A stretch of 64,000 bases of DNA from Candidatus Bathyarchaeota archaeon. GTDB lineage: Archaea; Thermoproteota; Bathyarchaeia; Bathyarchaeales; Bathycorpusculaceae. The first letter of the stretch is position 1; the number at the start of each line of letters is the position of its first letter. Positions 31,537 through 41,637 of this stretch are shown here, in pieces. The position numbers and the translations under genes were made by a program. The notes under the pieces are model-generated. The model saw only the letters and a program-made list of their open reading frames with translations, did no database searches and was not told the origin of the DNA. The stretch lies in NCBI GenBank assembly GCA_963739305.1, contig CAVTZU010000015.1, forward strand, positions 32,001-96,000, written 5' to 3'.

Positions 31537-31804
31537 TTTCGGCGTTTTACTGCCTTCTTGATTCGTCAGGAAAGTCAGCCGCTCCCCATGTTTCCTCTTG
31601 CCACAACTAGTATTTATAGCACATGGGAATCGAGCTGGACACGCAACTTCTCGCCTGACAAAAATGCCGCCAAGCTGTCTTTGTTGGAACACATGTGCCA
31701 GAGATCTAGAGGAATCTCTAGAATTTTGCACTAGCTCTTCTGTTACAAAGCGTTCACTTAGATCATGATATATAGAGCGGAAATATAGGAACATCAACTT
31801 CAGG

Positions 31805-32377
31805 TTGGTGAGTTTTGTGAAGGCTGAAATTGGAGCGAGAAACTGTCTGTATCCGATGCCAACGACTCTGGTTGGAGCGTTGGTGGATGGAAAACCGAAC
31901 TATGTCACGATCGCGCACGTTGGGATCATGGATCCCGGGTCGGTTTCATTGGGAATGAACAAGATGCACTTTACCAACGTAGGCATAAGAGCGAATGGGA
32001 CGTTCAGTGTGAACATTCCTTCGGTGAAGATGGTTGAGGAGACTGATTATTGCGGTTTGGTTTCAGGCAAGAACCTGGATAAATCGGGGCTTTTCAAAAC
32101 GTTTTTTGGGAAGCTGAGGACGGCGCCGATGATTGAGGAGTGCCCGATTAATATGGAGTGCAAACTGACGAGGACGGTTGATTTTCCGAGTCATGACATT
32201 TTCATAGGCGAAGTCGTTGCGACTTATTGTGATGAAGGAGTTCTCTCGGATGGAATCGTTGACTTGGCGAAGGTGGAGCCTATTCTTTTCGCGATGAATG
32301 ATCGAAGTTACTGGAAGCTGGGTGGAAGATTCGCCAAGGCTTGGAGCATAGGCAACAAGCTCAAGGACAGGAAATAG
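31805..32377 (+). CDS. Flavin reductase-like (flavoredoxin) protein
   Basis: YPMPTTLVG, DYCGLVSG, APMIEECPINMEC, HDIFIGEV. Confidence 0.92.
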   Translation: MVSFVKAEIGARNCLYPMPTTLVGALVDGKPNYVTIAHVGIMDPGSVSLGMNKMHFTNVGIRANGTFSVNIPSVKMVEETDYCGLVSGKNLDKSGLFKTFFGKLRTAPMIEECPINMECKLTRTVDFPSHDIFIGEVVATYCDEGVLSDGIVDLAKVEPILFAMNDRSYWKLGGRFAKAWSIGNKLKDRK

Positions 32378-32406
32378 GGCGCGTTTTTTTGCGGTTTATG
32401 ATTGGG

Positions 32407-32790
32407 TTAGATGGTGATAACGCGGTAGTTGTCGTCTCTTAGATAGTCGGTTAGTGGTTTACCCATGTACTTGACTTCTATGCCAAGTCGTCTTAGGTTG
32501 TTTGAAACTCCGTACATGTCTGAGCATTTCTTGCAGGCTAACAATTTCACGCCAGCCTCCTTCATTTCGATCACGTGTTCTTGCAGTTCCGTGTCTGCGG
32601 CGAGAAGCTTAGCGGAAGGACCCCACACGATGAGGGAAACTTCTTTCCAACCCCACTTGAAACGCTTGCAGTTGAAGGTGTACATGAACGCCATTTTCAA
32701 GGCTACTTCTCGGTCTCCACTTGTCCAGAGAATAACTAGTTCATCTGGTTTGGAAGGCCTATTCCCTTGACTTGATTCTTTGTCTTTCAA
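32407..32790 (-). CDS. DsrE family protein
   Basis: ILWTSGDREVA, LIVWGPS, ACKKCSDMYGV. Confidence 0.85.
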   Translation of the reverse strand: MKDKESSQGNRPSKPDELVILWTSGDREVALKMAFMYTFNCKRFKWGWKEVSLIVWGPSAKLLAADTELQEHVIEMKEAGVKLLACKKCSDMYGVSNNLRRLGIEVKYMGKPLTDYLRDDNYRVITI

Positions 32791-32992
32791 ATTTATTCCC
32801 GCCCGGATCTTTTGTGACAGATATTCTTCTTAACGGATATTAGACATTCATCTACAAAAGTTTTGGTTTGGTGCGTCTTGAGGAATTATGCGTAGGGGCC
32901 TGACGAGCAAAATTCAAATAAGGTCCAACTTGCAAGTATCCATCCTCCGATTCGAGCTGTCTGGGCTTAAGCATTCAGAGGGTATGATGGAA

Positions 32993-34912
32993 ATGTTTGG
33001 TTTTAGAGGGCAATTATTGCGGGTTAATCTTTCCGAGAAGAAAATCACGAAAGATGCGTTCGAGGAGGCTGATGCGAGGAAATTTCTGGGCGGACGAGGC
33101 TTGGCAGCCAAGATATTGTTCGATGAGCTCGAGCCTGGAATTGATCCGTTGGGGCCGGAGAACAAGCTGGTTTATGCTACGGGACCGTTTGCGGGAACCG
33201 GTTTCCCCTTGAACTCTCGCTGGATCGTTGCTGCAAAGTCGCCCTTGACTGGAATCTGGGGTGAAGCTTCCTGCGGCGGCACGTTCGCTGTTCAGTTGAG
33301 GAAGGCTGGGTATGACGCGTTGGTCGTCGAGGGCGCAGCTTCGTCTCCGGCATACCTGGATATATTGGATGACAGTGTCCGATTCAGAGACGCTTCTCAC
33401 CTGTGGGGAAAAATGACTCTTGACACTGAAGAAGCGATAGCTCGTGATCTCGGGATTGAAACGCGCAGAGAAGACGATCCAGCAATCGTCTGTATCGGTC
33501 CTGCTGGAGAGAAGCTGGTGAAGATGGCAAACGTGATCCACACCGCTCATCGCGCTGCAGGCAGGACGGGGTTGGGAGCGGTAATGGGCTCCAAGAAACT
33601 CAAGGCCGTAGCAGTTCGGGGAACCAAGAGCATTCCTGTGGCTGACGCGGAGGGTCTGAAGAAGCTGACGAAGAGCATGGTTACTGAGTGCCTTACGAAC
33701 AAGAGTCTGGTTTATTTTTCGAAGTATGGGCAGGCTGGGTTGGTGGATGTTTTGAACGAGAGCGGTATTCTTCCGACCAAGAATTTCCAGAATGGGACGT
33801 TTGAGAGTTATGAGAAGATCAGTGGTAGGGCGATGGCTGAGACGATTCTGAAGAAGAAAAATGCTTGTTCTCAGTGTCCTGTGGCATGCAAAAGAATTGT
33901 GGAGGTTAATCAGGGACCTTACGCGCCTATCGAGGCAGGTTACGGTGGTCCTGAATATGAGAATGTTGCCTCCTTGGGTTCGCTTCTTCTGATAGGTGAT
34001 CTGGAGGCGGTTTCGAAGGAGAATCAGATGTGTAACGCGTATGGAATTGACACGATCTCGGTAGGTGTGATAATCGCTTGGCTGATGGAGTGCTACGAGA
34101 AAGGAATAATCACGAAGAAAGACATCGATGGCATCGAAGCGACATGGGGCAACGCTGAAGCTGCCCTGAAACTCATAGAGAAAATGTCCTTGCGCGAGGG
34201 GATTGGGAATCTTCTCGCCGAAGGTATCAGGAAGGCCGCTGCTAAGATAGGCAGAGGATCAGAGAAGTACGCGATGGAGGTTAAGGGCCTGGAAATCCCG
34301 ATGCATGAGCCCAGGGGGAAGAAAGGCGTCGGTTTGGCGTACGCGGTTTCCGCGAGGGGAGCGTGTCACATGCAGGCTTTTCATGACACGGACATCGAAG
34401 CTGAAAATGTGGCGCCTGAAATCGGAATCGCGGGAGGACTGAACAGACACGACACGTCCAGAGGTAAGGTTGACATGATCAAGAAATCACAGGACTGGGT
34501 CGCCATCACCAACTCCCTCTGCCTTTGCACGGCGCCCGCTTGGGTCGGGTTTGAGTACACGAAGCCTTCGTTCCTGGTTAAGGCATTGAACGCTGTTACC
34601 GGGATGAACTTCACGGTGAACGAGTTGATGACGATAGGGGAGAGAATGAACAATCTGTGCCGATGCTTCAACGTCAGGGACGGCATAACCAGGAAAGACG
34701 ATTATCTGCCGCGAAGATTCATGGAAGAACCCTTGCCAGATGGACCGTCACGGGGACAGCGAATAACCAACGAGGAACTGCAAAAAATGCTCGACGATTA
34801 TTATGAGCTCAGAGGGTGGAGTAAGAGCACAGGGATTCCGAACAAAGGAAAACTCTTGGAACTCGGGCTTGAGCGCGCAGCAAAAGCCATAGAAAAACAG
34901 CTGCTAGAATAG
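32993..34912 (+). CDS. Aldehyde:ferredoxin oxidoreductase (W/Mo-pterin AOR family)
   Basis: LGGRG, KSPLTG, GRTGLGAVMGSKKLKA, CSQCPVAC, GPEYE, DYYELRGW. Confidence 0.95.
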   Translation: MFGFRGQLLRVNLSEKKITKDAFEEADARKFLGGRGLAAKILFDELEPGIDPLGPENKLVYATGPFAGTGFPLNSRWIVAAKSPLTGIWGEASCGGTFAVQLRKAGYDALVVEGAASSPAYLDILDDSVRFRDASHLWGKMTLDTEEAIARDLGIETRREDDPAIVCIGPAGEKLVKMANVIHTAHRAAGRTGLGAVMGSKKLKAVAVRGTKSIPVADAEGLKKLTKSMVTECLTNKSLVYFSKYGQAGLVDVLNESGILPTKNFQNGTFESYEKISGRAMAETILKKKNACSQCPVACKRIVEVNQGPYAPIEAGYGGPEYENVASLGSLLLIGDLEAVSKENQMCNAYGIDTISVGVIIAWLMECYEKGIITKKDIDGIEATWGNAEAALKLIEKMSLREGIGNLLAEGIRKAAAKIGRGSEKYAMEVKGLEIPMHEPRGKKGVGLAYAVSARGACHMQAFHDTDIEAENVAPEIGIAGGLNRHDTSRGKVDMIKKSQDWVAITNSLCLCTAPAWVGFEYTKPSFLVKALNAVTGMNFTVNELMTIGERMNNLCRCFNVRDGITRKDDYLPRRFMEEPLPDGPSRGQRITNEELQKMLDDYYELRGWSKSTGIPNKGKLLELGLERAAKAIEKQLLE

Positions 34913-35009
34913 AAGAACGTCGGCTCCTCGCGAGATAGTTAGCTCTTCTGGAAGCGTTGGCAACATTGACGCGCGCAATCCTTGAAAAGTGCGTGGGCTT
35001 TTGGAAATC

Positions 35010-35050
35010 CTTATAAGTATGAAGAATTATTCATATGAATAATGTTTCAT
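35010..35050 (+). promoter_or_regulatory. TATA box followed by a palindromic operator
   Basis: GAAA-TC-CTTATAAG, then perfect 18-bp palindrome ATTATTCATATGAATAAT (35026-35043) extending to ATGAA...TTCAT. Confidence 0.7.
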
Positions 35051-35064
35051 GTGAGTTGACGCGG

Positions 35065-35439
35065 ATGAAAAGAGACTTATCCGAAACGTGCTACGTGTTT
35101 TTCAAGGTTCTGGCAAACCCGACGAGACTTGCAGTTCTGGAAGCGCTTCGCGAGAAGCCGAGAAGCGTCACTGAAATCGCGGACTGTTTGAAGCAGGAGC
35201 AGAGCATGATTTCTCATAATCTTGGTGCTTTAGAGGACTGCAGGTTTGTTTTTTCTGAAAGGAAGGAGAAGCAGCGAATCTATTCGCTTAACAAGGAAAT
35301 CGCTGAACCCTTGTTTGAACTGTTTGCTTATCATTCGCAGAAGTATTGTCCGACTCGTGGAAAGTGTCTCACTCAACGCGGGCTGAAAGAGCTGAGAAAG
35401 AAGGAGGCTTCCGGTCGGCTTCACGTGACCCATGAATGA
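35065..35439 (+). CDS. ArsR/SmtB family transcriptional regulator
   Basis: FFKVLANPTRLAVL, SVTEIA...QSMISHNL; C-terminal H..KYCP...C. Confidence 0.9.
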   Translation: MKRDLSETCYVFFKVLANPTRLAVLEALREKPRSVTEIADCLKQEQSMISHNLGALEDCRFVFSERKEKQRIYSLNKEIAEPLFELFAYHSQKYCPTRGKCLTQRGLKELRKKEASGRLHVTHE

Positions 35440-35457
35440 CGATGGAGGTGATGGTCG

Positions 35458-35820
35458 TTGAAAGATGACAAATTCCTTCTGTATGTTCAAACGAGCGACA
35501 ATCCAGAAAGACAGTATTCCCCACTTGTTCTTGCTCAGACCGCGAAAGCCATGGGCTTGAAACCCAAACTGTACTATTTGGGTCAGGGACTTAGAATTCT
35601 GCTTCCAGGAGCAGCTGAGAAGATAAAACTCGGAACGTTCCCAACAGTCGCGGAGATGCTTCAGAAAACAATGCAAGCAGGAATCGAGGTAGACGTGTGT
35701 GAAGCTTCCAAACAAATGCTGGGATGGGAAAAGGTCAATCTGATTAAGGGCGTCAAGATCGTGGGCGCTGCCACGCTGAACGATCTTGCTCTGGAAGCTG
35801 CCGCAACGATGTGGTTCTAG
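35458..35820 (+). CDS. DsrE/peroxiredoxin-like protein
   Basis: Short alpha/beta protein with VCEAS and IVGAATL. Confidence 0.75.
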   Translation: MKDDKFLLYVQTSDNPERQYSPLVLAQTAKAMGLKPKLYYLGQGLRILLPGAAEKIKLGTFPTVAEMLQKTMQAGIEVDVCEASKQMLGWEKVNLIKGVKIVGAATLNDLALEAAATMWF

Positions 35821-35858
35821 ACTGATTGTATGTGAGAGTTGGAAATGGAGGTGATTGT

Positions 35859-36032
35859 ATGAGTAAAGGTAAGATGAAGACGACGACGTGCCCGGAATGC
35901 GGGTGGACTGTGAAGTCGCCGTGGGGAGAGAATGACGTGGTGGATCACGTTACGCTTCACGCGAAGAACCATCATCCGGAGATGCTGAAGCACAGCAAGG
36001 AAGATTTCAAGAAGATGATAAAGGACGCATAG
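35859..36032 (+). CDS. Small metal-binding protein (DUF1059-like)
   Basis: CPECGW...HAKNHH; GGAGGTGA SD. Confidence 0.7.
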   Translation: MSKGKMKTTTCPECGWTVKSPWGENDVVDHVTLHAKNHHPEMLKHSKEDFKKMIKDA

Positions 36033-36197
36033 ACGAATCGTACACGCGTGTGTTTGAGTATTGCATAGAGCCTTGATTCCCAGTTTCCCCATTTTTTGCA
36101 TTATCTCTAAGGCGTGCAGACAAAGCACGTCTGTATACAAATGACATTGGCACGGTCTAGCGTGAAAAACATGAAACTAGAAAGGAGGCGATAATTC

Positions 36198-36602
36198 ATG
36201 TCTAAAAACCTGCAGACTCCAGAAGCGCATCATGAGGAATTGGTCAAGGGACTTTACGATCAGATGAAGCCGGTATTGGATGGGTCGGAGCAGCCGATAT
36301 TCATTTATCTGGACGACAATCACAAAGCCTGCAATAATAGACTTGCTTCTATGTTAGGTTTCAAATCACCAAAGGAATGGGCTGAAAAGCCAGGCTTTCT
36401 GGAAGTCTATGTAGCCGAGAAAAGTCGGGAAACGCTGTCTTCGGCTTACTGGGATGCTATGAAGAAAATGGCAGCTTCAACAATTCAACTAACTTGGATG
36501 AAGAAAGACGGAGCAACCATAGACTCAACGATGATATTAGTCCCAATGTTCTTCCAAGGACACCTTTTCGCGGTTCACTTCGTATCGAACGTGCGCAAAT
36601 GA
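36198..36602 (+). CDS. Stand-alone PAS-like domain protein
   Basis: CNNRLASMLGF, MKKDG; AGGAGG SD. Confidence 0.65.
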   Translation: MSKNLQTPEAHHEELVKGLYDQMKPVLDGSEQPIFIYLDDNHKACNNRLASMLGFKSPKEWAEKPGFLEVYVAEKSRETLSSAYWDAMKKMAASTIQLTWMKKDGATIDSTMILVPMFFQGHLFAVHFVSNVRK

Positions 36603-36771
36603 GCAATTTCGAATTAAGGTCTCAGACGCATCCTCTTGAAGCGAGATCCAGCTTTCAACCCTTTTTCTTTCGCGGGTTCCTTTTTTTCACAGACTTTCTT
36701 TAGCGCGCGCGTGCTAGAGAATGAGGTTTTTGCTTCTTAGGATTTTAAAGCTGCAGATTGGAACGCTTAGA

Positions 36772-37410
36772 CTATCTAATCTTAAGAGGTCTGCAGTAGA
36801 ATTGATTGAAGCCAGCAAGCAGGGAAGAACCGCTCTTGAGGCCGGTGTAACAGTGTTCTTCGATGGTCAAATCGTCAATCATGCGGTGTTTCTGGTAGTC
36901 TTCCTGGGTTTTCCATCCCATGAATCCGACAAATTCAGCAGGGTTGTAGTAATCATAAAAAGTGCGGCAAGAACAGAGTCCTCCAACAGAATGCAAATCC
37001 TTGTGCAGTCCAGGTGCCATTTTGTACCATTGATCCAGTTTTTTGGTTGCCACAAGGCCATGGCAGATCACGACCATTTGAGGTGGATTTTCACCGGGCG
37101 GTGTGTACGAAACTTCTTCGATCTCCTTGCAGAAGATTTCAAAGTAAAGTCCAGGTTGAAAGTAGGCTGCGCCAATCCTGTCGTCTCTTCTCACTTTCAT
37201 GATGCTTTGAGCTGCATCGTTGTGAGCTTTCTCTTCTGTCCACTTTGTGTTGCTCCAGATAATGTGTGGTTGTTGGATGCACTGATAAAAATCTCTTTCG
37301 AGGACTCCTATTTCCCGAGTGAACCTTTTCTCAGCCTCGCGGAAACCGTCGATCTGTTTTTCAAGTTCGCCTTCGGGCACGATGGCTGTGCAAATAGTGA
37401 ACATTGTCAT
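36772..37410 (-). CDS. Hypothetical protein, tandem ABM-like (dimeric alpha+beta barrel) domains
   Basis: Two repeats ending W(T/K)xxxx(H/Y)xxH-like; fold call is an inference. Confidence 0.55.
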   Translation of the reverse strand: MTMFTICTAIVPEGELEKQIDGFREAEKRFTREIGVLERDFYQCIQQPHIIWSNTKWTEEKAHNDAAQSIMKVRRDDRIGAAYFQPGLYFEIFCKEIEEVSYTPPGENPPQMVVICHGLVATKKLDQWYKMAPGLHKDLHSVGGLCSCRTFYDYYNPAEFVGFMGWKTQEDYQKHRMIDDLTIEEHCYTGLKSGSSLLAGFNQFYCRPLKIR

Positions 37411-37515
37411 CCTTTTCCAACCAGCATTTTCTAGGTATCTTGAACCTCTGTGGGATATAAGTCCAGCGCGAGTGTTGTTGGCGACATCTGAGGAGTGTTT
37501 GGAATGTGATGCTGG

Positions 37516-37770
37516 TCAGTGTATGGCGCCACAGTTGGGGCATTTGTCAAGGGTCTCGTCGTACTGGCCGCCGCAGTAACTGCATCTGACTTTGACGATG
37601 ACTTCTTTTTTCACTATTTCCTCTCTGACTATTTGTTGTTGTGTCTCGGGTGGCGGCGGGTTTGGGAGCGGCTTGTTCCTGGAGCGGCTTATTCTGATGA
37701 TGAGATAAGTAATTGTTGCTATGATGGCGGCTGCGAGAATCAGGAAGGTCGGCATAACAATGACCATCAA
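37516..37770 (-). CDS. Small TM + zinc ribbon protein
   Basis: TM helix, Pro linker, VKVRCSYCG...CPNCGA. Confidence 0.7.
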   Translation of the reverse strand: MMVIVMPTFLILAAAIIATITYLIIRISRSRNKPLPNPPPPETQQQIVREEIVKKEVIVKVRCSYCGGQYDETLDKCPNCGAIH

Positions 37771-37969
37771 AGCGTCTTACCGAAACGACAATTACACTTG
37801 GAGTTATAATAGACTTTCTCTCTGAACCTTAGCGCGCAGTCTTTGATTGGTTTCTCTGTCACTAATACAGGCTGAACTCGTTAGATGGGAAACTGAGATT
37901 GCGGGCATTAAGGCTTAAAAACCTGTTAGGTTAACGTAGTTCTGCAGAGTTGAAGGAAGCGTTACTGAC

Positions 37970-38437
37970 ATGAAAGTTTTAGTTGCGTATGACACGGTCT
38001 CAGTTGGCAAGATGACCGGACAAGTGGCCGAAATTATCAAGGAAACCTTGAAAGACAACGGATTTGACGTGGATTCTTTTTACGTCAAGGACATCGATGT
38101 GGCGACGGTTAAGAATTATGATGTTTTGATTGCGGGTGGGCCGACGATGGCTTTTAGGCCTTCAACTGGGATTATGGAGTTTCTGAACGGTCTTGCTGAT
38201 GGGGGGTTTTCGGGGAAGAGGGCGGCTGCGTTTGACACTCAGTTGCAGATGATGATAAGTGGAAACGCAACTAAAAGCATAGAAAAGAAGTTGAAGAACC
38301 TTGGCTTTACCGTATTCAAGCAGCCACTGGTTGTTTACGTAGAAAGCAAAGGCAAGAACGTTTGGCAGTTCAAACCGGGCGAGCTGGAGAAAGCCAAGAC
38401 CTGGGCACAAGAAGCGGCCAAAGCACTTAATGAATAG
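37970..38437 (+). CDS. Flavodoxin domain protein
   Basis: MKVLVAYDT, AGGPT, AAAFDT, GELEKAKTWA. Confidence 0.9.
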   Translation: MKVLVAYDTVSVGKMTGQVAEIIKETLKDNGFDVDSFYVKDIDVATVKNYDVLIAGGPTMAFRPSTGIMEFLNGLADGGFSGKRAAAFDTQLQMMISGNATKSIEKKLKNLGFTVFKQPLVVYVESKGKNVWQFKPGELEKAKTWAQEAAKALNE

Positions 38438-38601
38438 AAGCAGCAAGTCCTGCTTTCGTGAGCGCTGCAGAGTGATCTTGAGATAATAGAGTGCGTGGTG
38501 TCCGTCTCTTTCCTCGTTTCTTGTGCACGCTATTATCAAAAAGAGCTAAGATTGGTATCGGATATGAGTAGTAGCGTGCGCTTGAAAAGAAAAAGGGGGG
38601 T

Positions 38602-41329
38602 TTATGGTACGTGTTGGTTGAAGTGGCCTGCCAGTACGATGGCGTCGAAGATGTCTACGAGGCCGTCACCGTTAAAGTCAGCATCAGCGTTCCAGTTCTT
38701 GGAACCTGTCGATGTTCCGAAGGCGCCCGCCAGCTTGATAGCGTCGAAGATGTCCACTAGACCGTTTCCGGTGACGTCGCCTGCGAGCGTCTTGGCCGTA
38801 AGATTGCCGGCTGCTTGGAAGTTGTTGGTTGTGTTGGTGTCGTTTGCTTTGTCGTTCATTGGCCACGCTTCACCTTGGACTGAGTAGAGGATGCCAGTAC
38901 TGTTGCCGGTCATCCCTTGTTCGATGCCGTCACACCACCAGGTCATTGTGACGTTTTTGCCTTCACCGGGCCCGAGGGCAACATAGGTGCCGTTCGCGAA
39001 CTGCTTGTCGCCCGTCGGTGACTTGTAGGACAAGCCGACTGCTGCATACAGAATCGCGATAGTGTCGTTGGGAACAACATTCCTCACAACGTGGAGGATG
39101 TAGGTCCTTGTGTCTGGCGCGGAGTTACCGTTGCCTACCCTCATTTGGTTGTGGAATATGTAGGTGGTTGCTGGAGTTGGGCTTGCTGGTGTGACCGTGT
39201 GGGTCATATCCACGTCCACGGGATCATTCGACTTGTACAGGTCGTAGAAGTAGTCGCCTGGAAACATAGCGTTGAAGTACCAGCCTTGTACCCAGTCTCT
39301 TGCGAACCTTCTGCCCACGGGTTGAACCAGCGGCAGGGTTATCGCGTCGTTGTAGAACCTTGCCTGCAGGTCTTTGTACTCTATTCCACGTTGAGTAGCG
39401 TTCGTCTCGACTACTGCTGCGTTGATTTCATTGTCGATTGTCGCTTGGTCAGCTGGGAACGGAGGTCCTTGGGCAGATGGGAAGCTTCCAGTGGACTGCA
39501 TGTATGGCTGCGCGAAGTCGTGTGGGTCAGCGAAGTCTGCCAGCCAGCCTAGACAGTAGGCGGGCATGCCAAACGAGTTCATGGCGTCCAGGAACACTGG
39601 CCAGTCTAAGCCTACAACGTTACACTTGTATTTTCCGTTGAGGGTCTGGAAGGCCGATGCTATCAATTGCATCGCGATCATTCTCTGGTCGTTGCCCATG
39701 TTATAGACCAAGGTCGTTTCGAACCCTGCGCTGCTGACGTTGATTCCGTCAACGATCGCCTGGTTCAATTCATTCTGCATTTGAGTGTAATCGAGGTTGC
39801 GTAGAGTCAGTGCTGTGTTCTTGTAGGAAGGTGGACTTAATCCGTCTACCCACCACGATGCCTGCTGCAACCCTTCACCGAAGTACGCCTGCTCGATGTA
39901 CTGCGTGTAGTTGATGGCCCACGCGAAAGCCCGTCTTACGTGCTCGTTGGCAAAGAACAATGGTTCCTGTGCCGTCTGGTGAGTTGGGTACCCTACGTAG
40001 GATTGGTAGGAACTTGCTCCCGAGACGTTCATGCAGAAGAAAATCATGTCGTTGCTTAATTGAGCAACGTTGTAGACCAGGTTGACATATGGGGCAGGGT
40101 GATACGCGTCGGTCATCAAGAGGTCAAACATGTTGGCTCTCGGAACGGCTGCGACGTCGAATTCACCTTCAAGGAACATCATCTTCCTCGTGATCCAACA
40201 GTCAACACCTTTCACGATAACCGTTGTCACGTGGTTTCCAGCCCATCCGCCCCAATAGGCGGCGAACTGGTCGATCCTCCAGATCTTGTTCGTCTGATCC
40301 CAAGACGTGAACGCGTATGGGCCTGTGCCCATGATCTCGTTCACGTGCTTGTTGTTGCTCGGAAACTTTGAGCCTGCAACTGAGCCGTAGACTGCTGGGT
40401 CTTTCCATTGGTCAATTTCGCTGCGTGTGACTGTTGGTTTCCAGTGCCACAGGTTAGTCCAGTCTGCAGCCATGTTCGTCGTTGAAGCGCCAATGGGGAA
40501 TTGGCCGCTCCATCCACCGCGTTCCATGACCCATTCTGGCTCGATTATGCTGCCCCAAGTTTGCGCGAAAATCTGGTTCAGCACGCCTTGAGCCCACGGG
40601 TTCAAGAAGTGGAAACTCACGTCGTTAGCACCAGGCCCTGCATAACACCATCCCTGAATCATGGCTGCCGCTGCGGCTGAGTCTGCCGGATTCTTGAATG
40701 TGCCGTTGCCGTATGCTGGGAACGGTCCGCCAACAGAAGTGGTAAGACCCGCCGACGCGGAACTGTTGAAAGCAGGGCCGAACCACATCCATGTGGGCGC
40801 GTAGTATGAGTCGTAGACCATTTGTCTCTGGAACGAGTAGATAACGTCGGACTGCTTTGAGGTTGCGTGATGGAATGATGCTGCCGTTGCCCGCTGTCCA
40901 TGGTTGGAACGTGGCATTGGTGTTGATCGTGAATGTATAGTATTCACCAGAGGCGTTAACCACTATTGTCGGCAGCGCCGTCGCCAATACAGGCCCGTAG
41001 CTGTCGAGGTTAGCGTACTCGGAAATCGTCAGGTTGTGTCCAACGCCAGGCGTGAAAGTGATTGGGTGTTTGTCATTCCACCATATCAGCGTCTGTGCGA
41101 CGTTCTGTATCAGCTCGCCGCTTGCTGTGTCGTAGGCACGAGCCGGGTCCATCCTTGCGGGTTGACCTATCGTAGCAACATAGTAAGTGCTTGTGTCGAT
41201 TGGCGGTTGCATTGAGAATGCTGGAATAACCGAGAATATGCTAGTCACTAGCAAACACGCTGTAATTATGGTTATCAATTTTAGATTGATCGATCTCTCC
41301 TTATTTCTATCGAGTGTTCTTTTCGACAA
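38602..41329 (-). CDS. Family 5 (peptide) ABC substrate-binding protein with C-terminal dockerin-like domain; frameshift at ~40857
   Basis: MDPARAYDTAS, DVIYSFQR, GTGPY, VRRAFAWAINY, GWLADFADP; GDVTGNGLVDIFD...ADFNGDGLVDIFD. Confidence 0.88.
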
Positions 41330-41637
41330 TTAGTAATCCCCGATTCAATTGTGTTTTTCATGTAGATAAAACCTGTGAAACATTGTTCTATCATGGAATA
41401 CGCTGTATCACTGCTGAATCAATTGAATCAGCAGAGCACGTTTAATGGCGAGTTAGAAAATGATCTTACGACAAGGACTCCGCAGCGCGCGCTAGTTACG
41501 CGATGTTGCTTTCTATATAGTTCTGCGGAAAACTAGGTCACAAAACCCTCTGCAAATTCCAAAAATCTGGGTGTAATCATTGAAAACGTCATTCATGAAA
41601 AGGCTTTTCAGAGACCTGTTCTTAACCTTCTAATGGT

